NCBI GenBank assembly: GCA_963833125.1
Contig: CAWHWX010000019.1
Coordinates: 32,001-96,000 of the forward strand
Direction: 5' to 3'
Source: Candidatus Bathyarchaeota archaeon
GTDB taxonomy: Archaea > Thermoproteota > Bathyarchaeia > 40CM-2-53-6
DNA length: 64,000 bases
The position numbers and the translations under genes were made by a program. How positions within the stretch are numbered: the first letter of the stretch is position 1; each line of letters begins with the position of its first letter. The notes below the pieces were generated by a model that saw nothing but the letters and a program-made list of their open reading frames with translations, ran no database searches and was not told the DNA's origin. Positions 63,872 through 64,000 of the stretch are shown piece by piece.

Positions 63872-64000
63872 TGCGCATTACGCCGCAGAATATTCTTAGG
63901 CACGAGTTAATTGGACTGACTGTCCGCGTGACCCAAGCGACAGACCCTTCCTTCAAGGGTATTCGAGGAACAGTTGTGGACGAGACCAAGAACATGCTCA
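63868..64000 (+). CDS. rnp1: RNase P protein component Rpp29, 3' end outside the window
   Basis: MRITPQNILRHELIGL..V...GIRGTVVDETKNML read manually; overlaps the rpl29 stop (ATGA). Confidence 0.9.
   Translation, partial: MMRITPQNILRHELIGLTVRVTQATDPSFKGIRGTVVDETKNML

Noticed and set aside
1-64000. CRISPR arrays, transposases, integrases or defence systems
   Set aside because: I saw no repeat-spacer periodicity and no recognisable Cas, transposase or integrase motifs.

Overview
Archaeal chromosomal window, probably from a TACK lineage such as Bathyarchaeia (inferred from DUF1512, a single-OB SSB, bifunctional PGI/PMI and archaeal ribosomal proteins). It holds translation genes (tyrS, pheST, trpS, valS, map, ychF and a split S10-type cluster), bacterial-type enzymes (class I GAPDH, ATP-PfkA, MetK), catabolic, transport and surface-protein genes, and a PAS histidine kinase with its receiver. 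Many conserved genes carry 1-2 nt indels, most likely long-read consensus errors. The main signal is in the RNA genes, which the ORF track does not show. A stand-alone 5S rRNA gene carries a 39-nt insert in loop C with bulge-helix-bulge (BHB) intron geometry, and excising it restores the conserved CCGAACACGG. A 233-nt tRNA-Trp(CCA) gene resolves into a normal 77-nt tRNA only after removal of five introns. A probable tRNA-Ser with two introns lies head-to-head with archease. Together these suggest unusually widespread BHB-intron invasion of stable RNAs, including 5S rRNA. All RNA structures were worked out by hand and need computational and transcript confirmation.
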